This document shows positions 47,412-56,267 of a stretch of 64,000 nt of DNA, piece after piece (position 1 is the stretch's first letter; each line of letters begins with the position of its first letter). Under the pieces are notes generated by a model, which worked only from the letters and a program-made list of their open reading frames with translations, did no database searches and was not told the origin of the DNA. A program made the position numbers and the translations under genes. The DNA lies in the NCBI GenBank assembly GCA_038063415.1, contig JBBTVD010000002.1, positions 792-64,791 of the forward strand. Direction: 5' to 3'. The DNA is from Patescibacteria group bacterium. GTDB taxonomy: Bacteria > Patescibacteriota > Microgenomatia > Levybacterales > UBA12049.

Positions 47412-49535
47412 TTGTCATGTATGGGTAAAAAAATCCCCTATTTTATTATCGTTTTACTCCCGCTACTTCTGACCTACGTTTTTTTCTATAATATTACTGG
47501 GAATGATTTTTTGTTTCTCCATGATGAGTACTTAATACTCAATAAGCAAGAAAGTTTCAATATATTTTTTACTCAAAATCCCCTTAGTTTAGGTATTGCA
47601 AATACAACTGTTTTAATTGTTACCTTTCTTGAAAAGCTCTATTATTTTTTGACATACTCTTTTGACCTTCAAACTCCTTTTATACAACGATTATTATATT
47701 TCATAAAGTTATTTTTTCTTCTTCTTTTGCCTTACATTGGTTTTATGAAAATTTCACGATTGTTCTTTAAAGAGCAAGATAATCTTTCTGTCTTCTTCAT
47801 ATCTCTTTGGTATAGTTTTAATACCTATACCTTAATTTATTTACACGGGAATGCATTCTCCTTGACGTTACTTATTTGTTACGCACTTGCTCCTTTAGCT
47901 TTTTATTTTTATCATAAGTCTATCTTTGGTGTACAAGAAAAAATTGATAGATTAAAAGTAGTTCTTCTGTTCTTCTTTATGTCATTTGCTGTTTATTTGC
48001 ATGCCGCTTTCCTTTTATGTATTGCTATCTATACTTTCCTTTTCACCTATTTTGAGAAAGTGGCTGTTTCTAAAGTAATAAAGAATATTTTTCTTTTGAT
48101 CATTATGTCTTTGCCAACACTGGGTATACTTTTTCTTATTCCTTATGATATGTTTTTTTCTTCGACTGCGACAATTAATACTACTGGAGGAGAAACGTTT
48201 GGTAATTTACAAGGAGGGCTCTTATATCCATTGCTCATGTGGTTTTCCTGGGGGATTTATACCTTTTGGGAACCAAGAAATATTTTTACTTTTACTGATT
48301 ACTTTCGTACGCTTCCCTCCCTTATTGCTCCGTTTATTATCTATGCGCTTTTGTTACCAGGTATATTAGCAAAGAAGAAAAAGCCACTTTTTTTCTTATT
48401 CCTTTTCCTTTTCTTACTCTTTTTGTTTTTGATCAAAGGGCCTCAGGCTCCTTTTGGAGACATCTATGTCTGGATTGTTCAACATATTCCTGGTTTTCGT
48501 GTCTTTAGATCTCCTGACAATAAATTTGGTTTTATCCTCATTTTTCTTCTTTGTCTCTTACTTTTGTATGTTTCGTCATCGTATAAGAGAAAGGTTTTTA
48601 TCTCATTGGTTAGTCTCGTGATCCTGATACAGGGGTATTTGATTTTCAATGGAGTAGCAATTAGGGGAGAGAACACTGTAACTTCCTCTGATCGTATTGT
48701 GAAAGTACCACAGGAGTATTACCATGTTGCAACATATTTTAACGAAAATGCTTCTCCTTATGGATACATCATGCCAATTCCTTCAGCTGAGTTCGGTCAT
48801 TATCGACTTGAGCCCCATAAGAGACATATTGGGCAAGATATTCTGCCCAAATTAACAAATCTACCTTTTCTTTACATAACTGCTGATAGTGGGATTGCAA
48901 GTAATACCTACGAAAAGTTGTCCACTATTCTTAAAGAAAAAGATATAAAAAAGCTTTCAGTTTTTCCTATAAAATATTTCCTTCTTAGAAATGATAGTTA
49001 TATTGAAACAAAGGACGAAAAAGAACTAAAAAAGCGTATCGCAGAGACTTTTAAAGAAAAATATCAAAACAAATATTTTGTTGTCTTTGAAAATGAGCAT
49101 TTTACCCCTCTCATTCAGGCACGCAAGAGTACTTTTATTATGGAAAGCCCCATTAGATACAAAATTTCGTTAAAAAATATCAAAGAGGAGCAAACAATCA
49201 TTTTTAATCAAAGCTATAACCCCAATTGGGTTCTGTACCCGGCTAAATCAGATGAGCTAAAATTACTTTTTACACCTGAGCTCTTTACCAGCACACATGA
49301 TGTGGCAAATGGATACGCCAACTCATGGCATGTGTCTGCGGAGTCTGTAAAAGCGTCGCTAGATAAAAAGGATTATACCATTAATGCTGATGGTTCAGTC
49401 GATCTTGATCTTATTTTATATTTTAAAACACAAGTGTATTTTTACCTAGGAATTATGGTAACGAGTATCTATCTGATTATCATTTCGCTTTATCTCCTTT
49501 GGCATGATATAGTGAGAAAGAGAATACATTTATGA
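47412..49535 (+). CDS. Large polytopic membrane protein with C-terminal extracytoplasmic domain (GT-C/YfhO-like), tandem paralog A
   Basis: 707 aa. Shares FGNLQGGLLYPLLMWFSWGIYTFWEPRN, APFGDIYVWIVQHIPGFRVFRSPD and HIGQDILPKL blocks with 49532..51820. Confidence 0.5.
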   Translation: MSCMGKKIPYFIIVLLPLLLTYVFFYNITGNDFLFLHDEYLILNKQESFNIFFTQNPLSLGIANTTVLIVTFLEKLYYFLTYSFDLQTPFIQRLLYFIKLFFLLLLPYIGFMKISRLFFKEQDNLSVFFISLWYSFNTYTLIYLHGNAFSLTLLICYALAPLAFYFYHKSIFGVQEKIDRLKVVLLFFFMSFAVYLHAAFLLCIAIYTFLFTYFEKVAVSKVIKNIFLLIIMSLPTLGILFLIPYDMFFSSTATINTTGGETFGNLQGGLLYPLLMWFSWGIYTFWEPRNIFTFTDYFRTLPSLIAPFIIYALLLPGILAKKKKPLFFLFLFLFLLFLFLIKGPQAPFGDIYVWIVQHIPGFRVFRSPDNKFGFILIFLLCLLLLYVSSSYKRKVFISLVSLVILIQGYLIFNGVAIRGENTVTSSDRIVKVPQEYYHVATYFNENASPYGYIMPIPSAEFGHYRLEPHKRHIGQDILPKLTNLPFLYITADSGIASNTYEKLSTILKEKDIKKLSVFPIKYFLLRNDSYIETKDEKELKKRIAETFKEKYQNKYFVVFENEHFTPLIQARKSTFIMESPIRYKISLKNIKEEQTIIFNQSYNPNWVLYPAKSDELKLLFTPELFTSTHDVANGYANSWHVSAESVKASLDKKDYTINADGSVDLDLILYFKTQVYFYLGIMVTSIYLIIISLYLLWHDIVRKRIHL

Positions 49536-51820
49536 AAAAATACTTCCTCATTGCAGTACTTTTTTTGCTGATTGCAGGAGTTATCAATTCCATAATCTTT
49601 ACCAATATTGGTCCCAACAAATTTATTTATATAGGAGATCAGTTTTTCCGATTTAGTTATTTTGAAGCATTCATTAATTCGTTTTTTATCCGCAAATTAG
49701 AAAATCTTAGTGTGCTTAATGGCTGGCAGTTTACCACACAATTTTGGGATGCTGTTTATTATTTATTTGTTTATACATTGCACATATCTTTTATTACTGC
49801 TGAAAAAATGCTTTTCTTTCTTACATTAGCTTTATCTTTGCTTCTCTCTTTTATTGGTTTTGTAAAGATACAAAGCCTGGTAAGTAAAGAAAAGAAAATC
49901 GTTTTACTTTTTGTTATTACGCTCTGGTATTGTTTTAATCCGTATATTGTCATGCTCTGGCATGGGGGAGTGTACAATCTTGGCTCAGCCCTTACGTATT
50001 CACTGGCTCCACTTATTCTTTATTACTATCACCGAGCAGTATTTACGGATTCTCCTTTTCGGCAAAAGGTAATTTGCGCGATACTGATGGCAGTTGCTTC
50101 GTATACGTTTTGGCTATTTGCACCCTTTGTCTTTCTTTTGATTCTTTATTCTCTGTTGTATCTTATTTTTAGCCTTAGGGCTTTCCCACGTTTTTTGAAG
50201 AATATTTGTATGCTGCTCATGCTTTATTTACCGCTTGTAAGCTGGTTGCTTTTTAATATTCTTTATGAATACACCAATAATGTAGGTGATAATAATGCTA
50301 CGTTTATGCCAACCTTTGGGAATGAGCAAGGAGGATTTTTGTATCAACTACTTATGCTTTTTTCTTGGGGGATTTATACTGTTTGGACGCCTCGCTCGAT
50401 GTATCCTTTTCATGCATATTACTTTTCAAACACCTATATCTGGGCGACGCTTGCTGTTTATATCCTTATTGCTCTAGGAGTTATTAGTCATTATTTTTGG
50501 ATCATTGTACGGTTCCTGCTAAAAAGAAAGAAAAAGTTGGTAGTTTTGCCAAATGCTATAACGAAATTTTTAAAGAAAAAAAGCCAATTAGCAGAATATA
50601 GCTTATCAAGCAAATTACTTATTATTTTTTCACTCCTTCTTTTCATTTCGATATTCCTTGCCAAAGCAGCACAGCCACCCTTTGGAGAGATATTTCTTTA
50701 CCTGTATAATAATGTGCCCTTTTTCTCTGTCTTTAGAACAGCAGATATTCGGTTTGGTTTTTGTGTCGTTTTGAGTATCTCTTTGTTATTTTTATTGATC
50801 TCCCGGGAGTTTAATAAATATGTCTTAGCTTTTGTGATTATTGTTATCATAGGCTTACAGAGCCCCTTTTTCTTTACAGGTAAGGCGATACAAGGTGAAA
50901 ATATAAAAAAACTTTTCTATGATCGAGTGATCTATTACCCCACAGAGCAGCGTGAAGTTGTTGACTTTATTAATAAAGATAAAAGCTTAGCAACATACGT
51001 ACTGACCCTTCCTGCTATCGAATATGGTGACTATTCGTTTGATTCTGGAGAACGTCATTTTGGTCAAGATATTCTGCCGAAACTAATCAAAAAATCTTTT
51101 GTTTACCTTTCACAATCAAATGGTATATCCGTGAAGGGATATAAAGAGTTGCAGCGTGTTATTGAAAAGAAGGATTATGAAGGTTTAAAAAAGTTCCCGA
51201 TAAAATACCTCATTTTGCGACAAGATATTAGTTGTATCGGTTGCCCTAATTTATCGGAGGCAGAAATTGGGAAAAATCTCCCACTCGTTTATAAAAACAA
51301 ACGGTTTGCTGTCTATGAGATACAAAAGCATCAGACGCTTATTGATGGAGAAAATATCACCTTTAGTATGGTCAATCCAGTGAAATACCGTGTACATTTT
51401 GATAACCTGAAAAAAGAACAAACATTACAATTATTGACAAGTTTTAATAAGGACTGGAAGGTGTATCTTCAGAGAAAAAAGGAACGATCTTGTAATGCGA
51501 AAGTTAATTATTCTGAAAAGAAGACAGAATGTTTAGAGGAAGTAGCCCTTTTTGAGGGAGAAGAACTAGCCTATCTCTGGGAGAAACCTCTTTTCGAGAG
51601 TTCTCATCAACTCTCTTCCGGTTATGCAAACAAATGGGAAATTGATCCTCAATTTATTAAAAGAAACTACAGCAGTGATTATTATACGCTCAATAAGGAT
51701 GGTTCAATGAGCGTTGATATGCTAGTGTATTATCAACCACAGTCCTGGTTCTATCTCTTCTTATTAGTATCAAGCTTGTCTCTGTTCATGGGATTGATCT
51801 ATATGTTCAGATACAAATAA
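49532..51820 (+). CDS. Large polytopic membrane protein (GT-C/YfhO-like), tandem paralog B
   Basis: 762 aa. FGNEQGGFLYQLLMLFSWGIYTVWTPRS, PPFGEIFLYLYNNVPFFSVFRTAD and HFGQDILPKL blocks. Confidence 0.5.
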   Translation: MKKYFLIAVLFLLIAGVINSIIFTNIGPNKFIYIGDQFFRFSYFEAFINSFFIRKLENLSVLNGWQFTTQFWDAVYYLFVYTLHISFITAEKMLFFLTLALSLLLSFIGFVKIQSLVSKEKKIVLLFVITLWYCFNPYIVMLWHGGVYNLGSALTYSLAPLILYYYHRAVFTDSPFRQKVICAILMAVASYTFWLFAPFVFLLILYSLLYLIFSLRAFPRFLKNICMLLMLYLPLVSWLLFNILYEYTNNVGDNNATFMPTFGNEQGGFLYQLLMLFSWGIYTVWTPRSMYPFHAYYFSNTYIWATLAVYILIALGVISHYFWIIVRFLLKRKKKLVVLPNAITKFLKKKSQLAEYSLSSKLLIIFSLLLFISIFLAKAAQPPFGEIFLYLYNNVPFFSVFRTADIRFGFCVVLSISLLFLLISREFNKYVLAFVIIVIIGLQSPFFFTGKAIQGENIKKLFYDRVIYYPTEQREVVDFINKDKSLATYVLTLPAIEYGDYSFDSGERHFGQDILPKLIKKSFVYLSQSNGISVKGYKELQRVIEKKDYEGLKKFPIKYLILRQDISCIGCPNLSEAEIGKNLPLVYKNKRFAVYEIQKHQTLIDGENITFSMVNPVKYRVHFDNLKKEQTLQLLTSFNKDWKVYLQRKKERSCNAKVNYSEKKTECLEEVALFEGEELAYLWEKPLFESSHQLSSGYANKWEIDPQFIKRNYSSDYYTLNKDGSMSVDMLVYYQPQSWFYLFLLVSSLSLFMGLIYMFRYK

Positions 51821-51865
51821 TTTTGATGGAAGCAAAAATGTTCGTCTGTATAAAACTTATTCTGT

Positions 51866-53008
51866 ATGAAAATTAGTATAAAAAAAATATTTATTTTTAG
51901 ATTATTAATAGTTAGTATCACTTTAGTAATTTCGTTAGTGGCTGCAGATTACATTCTTGGAAAATATGTTATGTGGGATTCTCATAAAATTGACTCGATT
52001 TGTAAAGATTTTGCAATGGATAAATTTGCGGAATCTCGTGGATTTTCTTTGGTAAATGCTTTTTATAAGCCTTTTGATCGTGTCACTCATTGTGGTTTGG
52101 AATTTAATTATACATACCACATTGATAAAAATGGATTTCGATATGACAAAGATGACAAAAAAAGAAAAAATATTTTGACTATTGGAGATTCGTTTACTTT
52201 TGGTTTTGGGGTAAAAGATAATGAAAATTTTGCAAGTTTACTTCACGCATACAATGCAGGTATGTGGGGAAATCCTTTTGACGTACAATTTGCTTCTTTA
52301 AAAAGAAATATACCTTTAATAAAACCAAAAGTCATTATTTGGGGAATATATCCATCTCATATAGTCACAATGATGCCTCATGAGTGGTCTGATTGGTGCC
52401 CGGGTGATATGAAATATCCCATCAATGCTCCTCATTCAGTAATCAGTGGCTTTGATAATTCGGGTATAGCAAGTTACCTTAAGAAAAACACATCTCTCAA
52501 AAGTATTGAATCAAAAGATAATGCTCTCTATATTTTAAAAAATTGTTATATGACAAAAGAGGTGTTATTATATGATGAAAACTTGGGTGGAAATCGCTAT
52601 ACATATAATGAAGCTGTTAATAAGACTTTTCTTAAAGATAGAGATCGTGTCTACAGGCAGTTACAATCGTATATGATACAGGCAAAAAAAATTGCAGATA
52701 AAAATGATGCAAAGCTTTACTTTGTCTTAATTCCATCACGCATGCAACTTCGATTGCAAGAAGGTAGTTATTCTGTTACTTATCCTGAGAGTAAGATTAA
52801 TGCCAATCTTCCAACAGAAACCATAACAAAAATGATTGTCAAAGCCGGATATGAAAAGGATTCAATTATCGATTTGGGTACGGCCTTTAGTGGACAACCA
52901 GAATGGCGAGAGTACTATTTTGTCACGGATGCGCATTGGAATGCGAAAGGCCACAAGTTCGTTGCAGAGAGAATAAAGAATATTTTGAAGAGAGAGGAAG
53001 ATAAATGA
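51866..53008 (+). CDS. SGNH/GDSL-family hydrolase or acyltransferase with N-terminal membrane anchor (AlgJ/AlgX-like DxHW motif)
   Basis: ILTIGDSFTFGFG (GDS block I) and FVTDAHWNAKGH (DxHW/DxxH block) motifs. N-terminal TM. Confidence 0.5.
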   Translation: MKISIKKIFIFRLLIVSITLVISLVAADYILGKYVMWDSHKIDSICKDFAMDKFAESRGFSLVNAFYKPFDRVTHCGLEFNYTYHIDKNGFRYDKDDKKRKNILTIGDSFTFGFGVKDNENFASLLHAYNAGMWGNPFDVQFASLKRNIPLIKPKVIIWGIYPSHIVTMMPHEWSDWCPGDMKYPINAPHSVISGFDNSGIASYLKKNTSLKSIESKDNALYILKNCYMTKEVLLYDENLGGNRYTYNEAVNKTFLKDRDRVYRQLQSYMIQAKKIADKNDAKLYFVLIPSRMQLRLQEGSYSVTYPESKINANLPTETITKMIVKAGYEKDSIIDLGTAFSGQPEWREYYFVTDAHWNAKGHKFVAERIKNILKREEDK

Positions 53009-54888
53009 TGCACAAAAAAGGATCAATTACTATTCTAGGCATTTCAGCTTTTTATCATGATTCAGCAGCAGTCTTGTTGCGTGACGGTGAAGTTGTTGCA
53101 GCAGCTCAAGAAGAGCGCTTCACCCGGGTAAAAAATGATGAATCGTTTCCAACAAAGGCCATAAAGTATTGCCTTAAAGAAGGTAATGTCTCACTTGATG
53201 AATTAGATTGTGTTGTTTATTACGAAAAACCTTTTGTTAAATTTGTGAGGCTTTTGGAAACCTATTATGCGTTTGCCCCAAAAGGTCTCAAATCTTTTTT
53301 GTCGGCAATACCTCTTTGGCTAAAAGAAAAATTATTTCTTAAAAAATTTATTAAAGACAAACTCAATGAAATAGAACCAATTGATAAAAAAGCCATCCAT
53401 CTTATTTTCTCTAATCATCATTTGTCTCATGCGGCAAGTGCTTTTTATCCCTCTCCTTTCACGAGTGCTGCTATTTTGACAATAGATGCTGTTGGTGAAT
53501 GGGCGACAGCGACCATATCTCATGGAGAAAAAAATAAAATAAAAACCTTAAAAGAGCTACGATTTCCTCATTCTGTTGGTTTACTTTACTCTGCATTTAC
53601 TTACTATCTCGGATTCAAAGTAAATTCTGGAGAGTACAAACTAATGGGACTCGCCCCTTATGGTGATCCAACTTCTGACCGTGTTGTGACCTACAGAGAG
53701 ATAATAAAAAAACATATTGTTCATATAAAAGAAGACGGCTCAATTTGGCTTAACCAGGCATATTTTGACTATGCCACTGGTTTAAAAATGGTTAATGAAG
53801 AGAAATGGAAGGCGTTGTTTGGTTTTGCTAGCAAAAAGCCAGAATCCCAACTTGAGCAAAAACATTGTGATTTAGCTTTAGCAATTCAGCAAGTTACTGA
53901 AGAGATCGTCCTTAAAATGGCAGTAACGGCAAAGTCTATAACAGGCGAAAAAAACATTTGTCTTGCCGGAGGGGTTGCCTTAAATTGTGTCGCAAACAGC
54001 AAACTTTTTGATAAAAAGATTTTTGATGATGTATGGATACAGCCTGCTTCCGGAGATGCTGGAGGAGCATTGGGGGCTGCGTATGCAGCTTATTATTTAT
54101 ATTTTCAAAAGCAGCGCGTCATCAAAGACAAAGAAGATTCGATGCAAGGTTCTTATCTTGGCCCCGAGCACGGAAATGACGAGATAAAACGAACATTTGA
54201 CAGCTTGCAGGCTTCCTATACCTATATTCCTGAGTTTAATGATGTTTCTCAACAGGTAGCTAACCTCTTAGCAGAAGGAAAAATTATTGGTTGGTTCCAA
54301 GGAAGAATGGAATGGGGTCCCAGAGCCTTGGGAAATCGAAGTATTATAGCAGACGCGAGAGATAAAAATATGCAAAAAAAACTAAATTTACAGATAAAAT
54401 ATCGAGAAGGGTTTCGCCCTTTTGCTCCAATTGTCCTAGCAGAAGAGAAAAGAGACTATTTTAAGATAAAGAAGGACTCTCCTTACATGCTTTTTGTCTC
54501 AGAGATTGTTGATAAAAGAAAGAAAATGTTACCAAAAGACTACCATCAGTTATCAGTAAAAGAAAAACTTTATTTTATTCGTTCAGATATCCCCGCAGTA
54601 ACGCATCTTGATTATTCAGCACGGCTGCAAACTGTTCATAAAAAAACAAATCCTCGCTTTTGGCAACTCTTGCAATCATTTAAAGCTAAAACAGGGTACA
54701 GTTTGCTTGTCAATACAAGTTTTAATAGAAGAGGGGAGCCTATTGTCTGTACGCCCGAAGATGCGTATCGGTGTTTTATGAAGACAGAATTAGACTATTT
54801 AGTAATAGGAAACTTTGTGTTTGATAAAAAAAAGCAGAAGAATTATAATGAGAATAAGTTAGGTAAAGACATTCTTATTCTTGATTAA
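53005..54888 (+). CDS. Carbamoyltransferase (NodU/CmcH/TobZ family)
   Basis: ILGISAFYHDSAAVLLRDGEVVAAAQEERFTRVKND is the family-defining N-terminus. 627 aa. Confidence 0.85.
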   Translation: MMHKKGSITILGISAFYHDSAAVLLRDGEVVAAAQEERFTRVKNDESFPTKAIKYCLKEGNVSLDELDCVVYYEKPFVKFVRLLETYYAFAPKGLKSFLSAIPLWLKEKLFLKKFIKDKLNEIEPIDKKAIHLIFSNHHLSHAASAFYPSPFTSAAILTIDAVGEWATATISHGEKNKIKTLKELRFPHSVGLLYSAFTYYLGFKVNSGEYKLMGLAPYGDPTSDRVVTYREIIKKHIVHIKEDGSIWLNQAYFDYATGLKMVNEEKWKALFGFASKKPESQLEQKHCDLALAIQQVTEEIVLKMAVTAKSITGEKNICLAGGVALNCVANSKLFDKKIFDDVWIQPASGDAGGALGAAYAAYYLYFQKQRVIKDKEDSMQGSYLGPEHGNDEIKRTFDSLQASYTYIPEFNDVSQQVANLLAEGKIIGWFQGRMEWGPRALGNRSIIADARDKNMQKKLNLQIKYREGFRPFAPIVLAEEKRDYFKIKKDSPYMLFVSEIVDKRKKMLPKDYHQLSVKEKLYFIRSDIPAVTHLDYSARLQTVHKKTNPRFWQLLQSFKAKTGYSLLVNTSFNRRGEPIVCTPEDAYRCFMKTELDYLVIGNFVFDKKKQKNYNENKLGKDILILD

Positions 54889-54896
54889 CTAGTCTT

Positions 54897-55046
54897 ATGG
54901 AAAATATCAAAGATTTTTTAACATTTTTGAAAGAGCAAAAAAAATGGTGGTTGTTTCCGATAGTTTTGGTACTGCTCTTAGTAAGTACATTACTCGTTTT
55001 TGTTAGCGGAAGTGCAATTTCTCCATTCATCTATACGATGTTTTGA
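54897..55046 (+). CDS. Small single-TM protein of the type found immediately downstream of carbamoyltransferase genes (DUF5989-like); not in the ORF track
   Basis: 49 aa MENIKDFLTFLKEQKKWWLFPIVLVLLLVSTLLVFVSGSAISPFIYTMF. ATG 9 nt after the carbamoyltransferase stop. K-K-W-W-L-x-P-I and SAI(S/A)PFIYT motifs. Confidence 0.55.
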   Translation: MENIKDFLTFLKEQKKWWLFPIVLVLLLVSTLLVFVSGSAISPFIYTMF

Positions 55047-55050
55047 TTAC

Positions 55051-55416
55051 ATGGATACACAAGAAACCTACAAAACTATTACTGTCCTCGTCCTCGTCTC
55101 TTTGCTTGTATATGCTGTGAATCATAACGCGCTATTTCTCCTTCTTGCAATCATTTTACTCATAAACAATGTATTCTTTTTCTGGGTAAATAAGCTCATT
55201 ACAAAATACTGGTTAAAGTTCGCTGAGGTTCTCGGCAATGTTAATACAAAAATATTGTTAACTATTATCTTCTTTCTCTTTTTAACACCACTAGCATTTT
55301 TTTATAGAATTTTCAATAAACATACGACTGAATATTTTAGAAAGGATATTCAGGAAAGTTATTTCGCGGAGGTAAACGAATCATATAATAAAAATTATTT
55401 TACAAAGCAGTGGTAA
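55051..55416 (+). CDS. Small polytopic membrane protein (SxtJ-like companion of the carbamoyltransferase)
   Basis: 121 aa from ATG at 55051 (the ORF-track start at 55000 overlaps the previous small gene). 3-4 hydrophobic helices. Confidence 0.4.
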   Translation: MDTQETYKTITVLVLVSLLVYAVNHNALFLLLAIILLINNVFFFWVNKLITKYWLKFAEVLGNVNTKILLTIIFFLFLTPLAFFYRIFNKHTTEYFRKDIQESYFAEVNESYNKNYFTKQW

Positions 55417-55454
55417 TCCTCATATAATACTTAATTTTTCGTGCTTTTTTCCAA

Positions 55455-55484
55455 TTGACAACCATTGCTACTTATATGTAACAT
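55455..55484 (+). promoter_or_regulatory. Candidate promoter for 55491 gene (-35 TTGACA, 18-bp spacer, -10 TAACAT)
   Basis: Read directly; the -10 lies 6 nt upstream of the ATG. Confidence 0.3.
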
Positions 55485-55490
55485 AAATGT

Positions 55491-56219
55491 ATGGAAGGTA
55501 ACTTTGACGGTTGGGTACCAGTAAATGAGACGTGGACGTATGCTTCAGCTGATTCACCAACATTTACCTTTACCCTTTCAGGTGATAAAACAAACAAATA
55601 TTCACCTGGAATGCGGATTAAACTTACACAGACTTCTGTTAAGTATTTTATCGTAACAGCAGTCTCGTATTCTAATCCCAATACAACCGTTACTGTCTAC
55701 GGAGGGACTGATTATACATTAGCAAATGCAGCAATTACGATACCTTATTATTCAGAAGCAAAAGCACCACAAGGATTCCCGCTTGATCCAACGAAATGGA
55801 CTGTTGAGGTAACTGATAGCACAGCACGAAGTGTATCTTCGCCTGCCGTAAATACCTGGTATAATCCAAACGCGGCTGATCAAATAAGTATACCAATTGG
55901 CGCATGGGACGTTGAATACGCGGGCGCCTTATACGCATACAAAAATTCTATTACCTGGATTTATGTAAAAGGGACACTGTCAACCGCCAATAATACAGAA
56001 TCTGATACGGGCTTTACTTCCTATATAAACGCTTATGGAGCATCAAGTGGTATGCAAGCAAATGGCGCTGGAACAAGAAGCAAAAATCTAACCCTTACGT
56101 CAAAGACATTGTATTATTTTAATATATCTGCTGATTCCTCAGCAAGTACCCTAGACGATCTGATATTAAACAACACTACCTTTCCACTAAAAATTAGTGC
56201 AGTAAGTGCTTACTTATAG
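55491..56219 (+). CDS. Beta-rich hypothetical protein rich in N-x-S/T sequons; possible distant member of the small beta-protein family
   Basis: 242 aa, no signal peptide, Ser/Thr/Asn-rich. C-terminal region is loosely similar to 46184 and 59752 proteins. Confidence 0.35.
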   Translation: MEGNFDGWVPVNETWTYASADSPTFTFTLSGDKTNKYSPGMRIKLTQTSVKYFIVTAVSYSNPNTTVTVYGGTDYTLANAAITIPYYSEAKAPQGFPLDPTKWTVEVTDSTARSVSSPAVNTWYNPNAADQISIPIGAWDVEYAGALYAYKNSITWIYVKGTLSTANNTESDTGFTSYINAYGASSGMQANGAGTRSKNLTLTSKTLYYFNISADSSASTLDDLILNNTTFPLKISAVSAYL

Positions 56220-56267
56220 ATAATTTAATTCAAAAAAGAGCAAGTAAAACTGCTAGAATATGTACAG

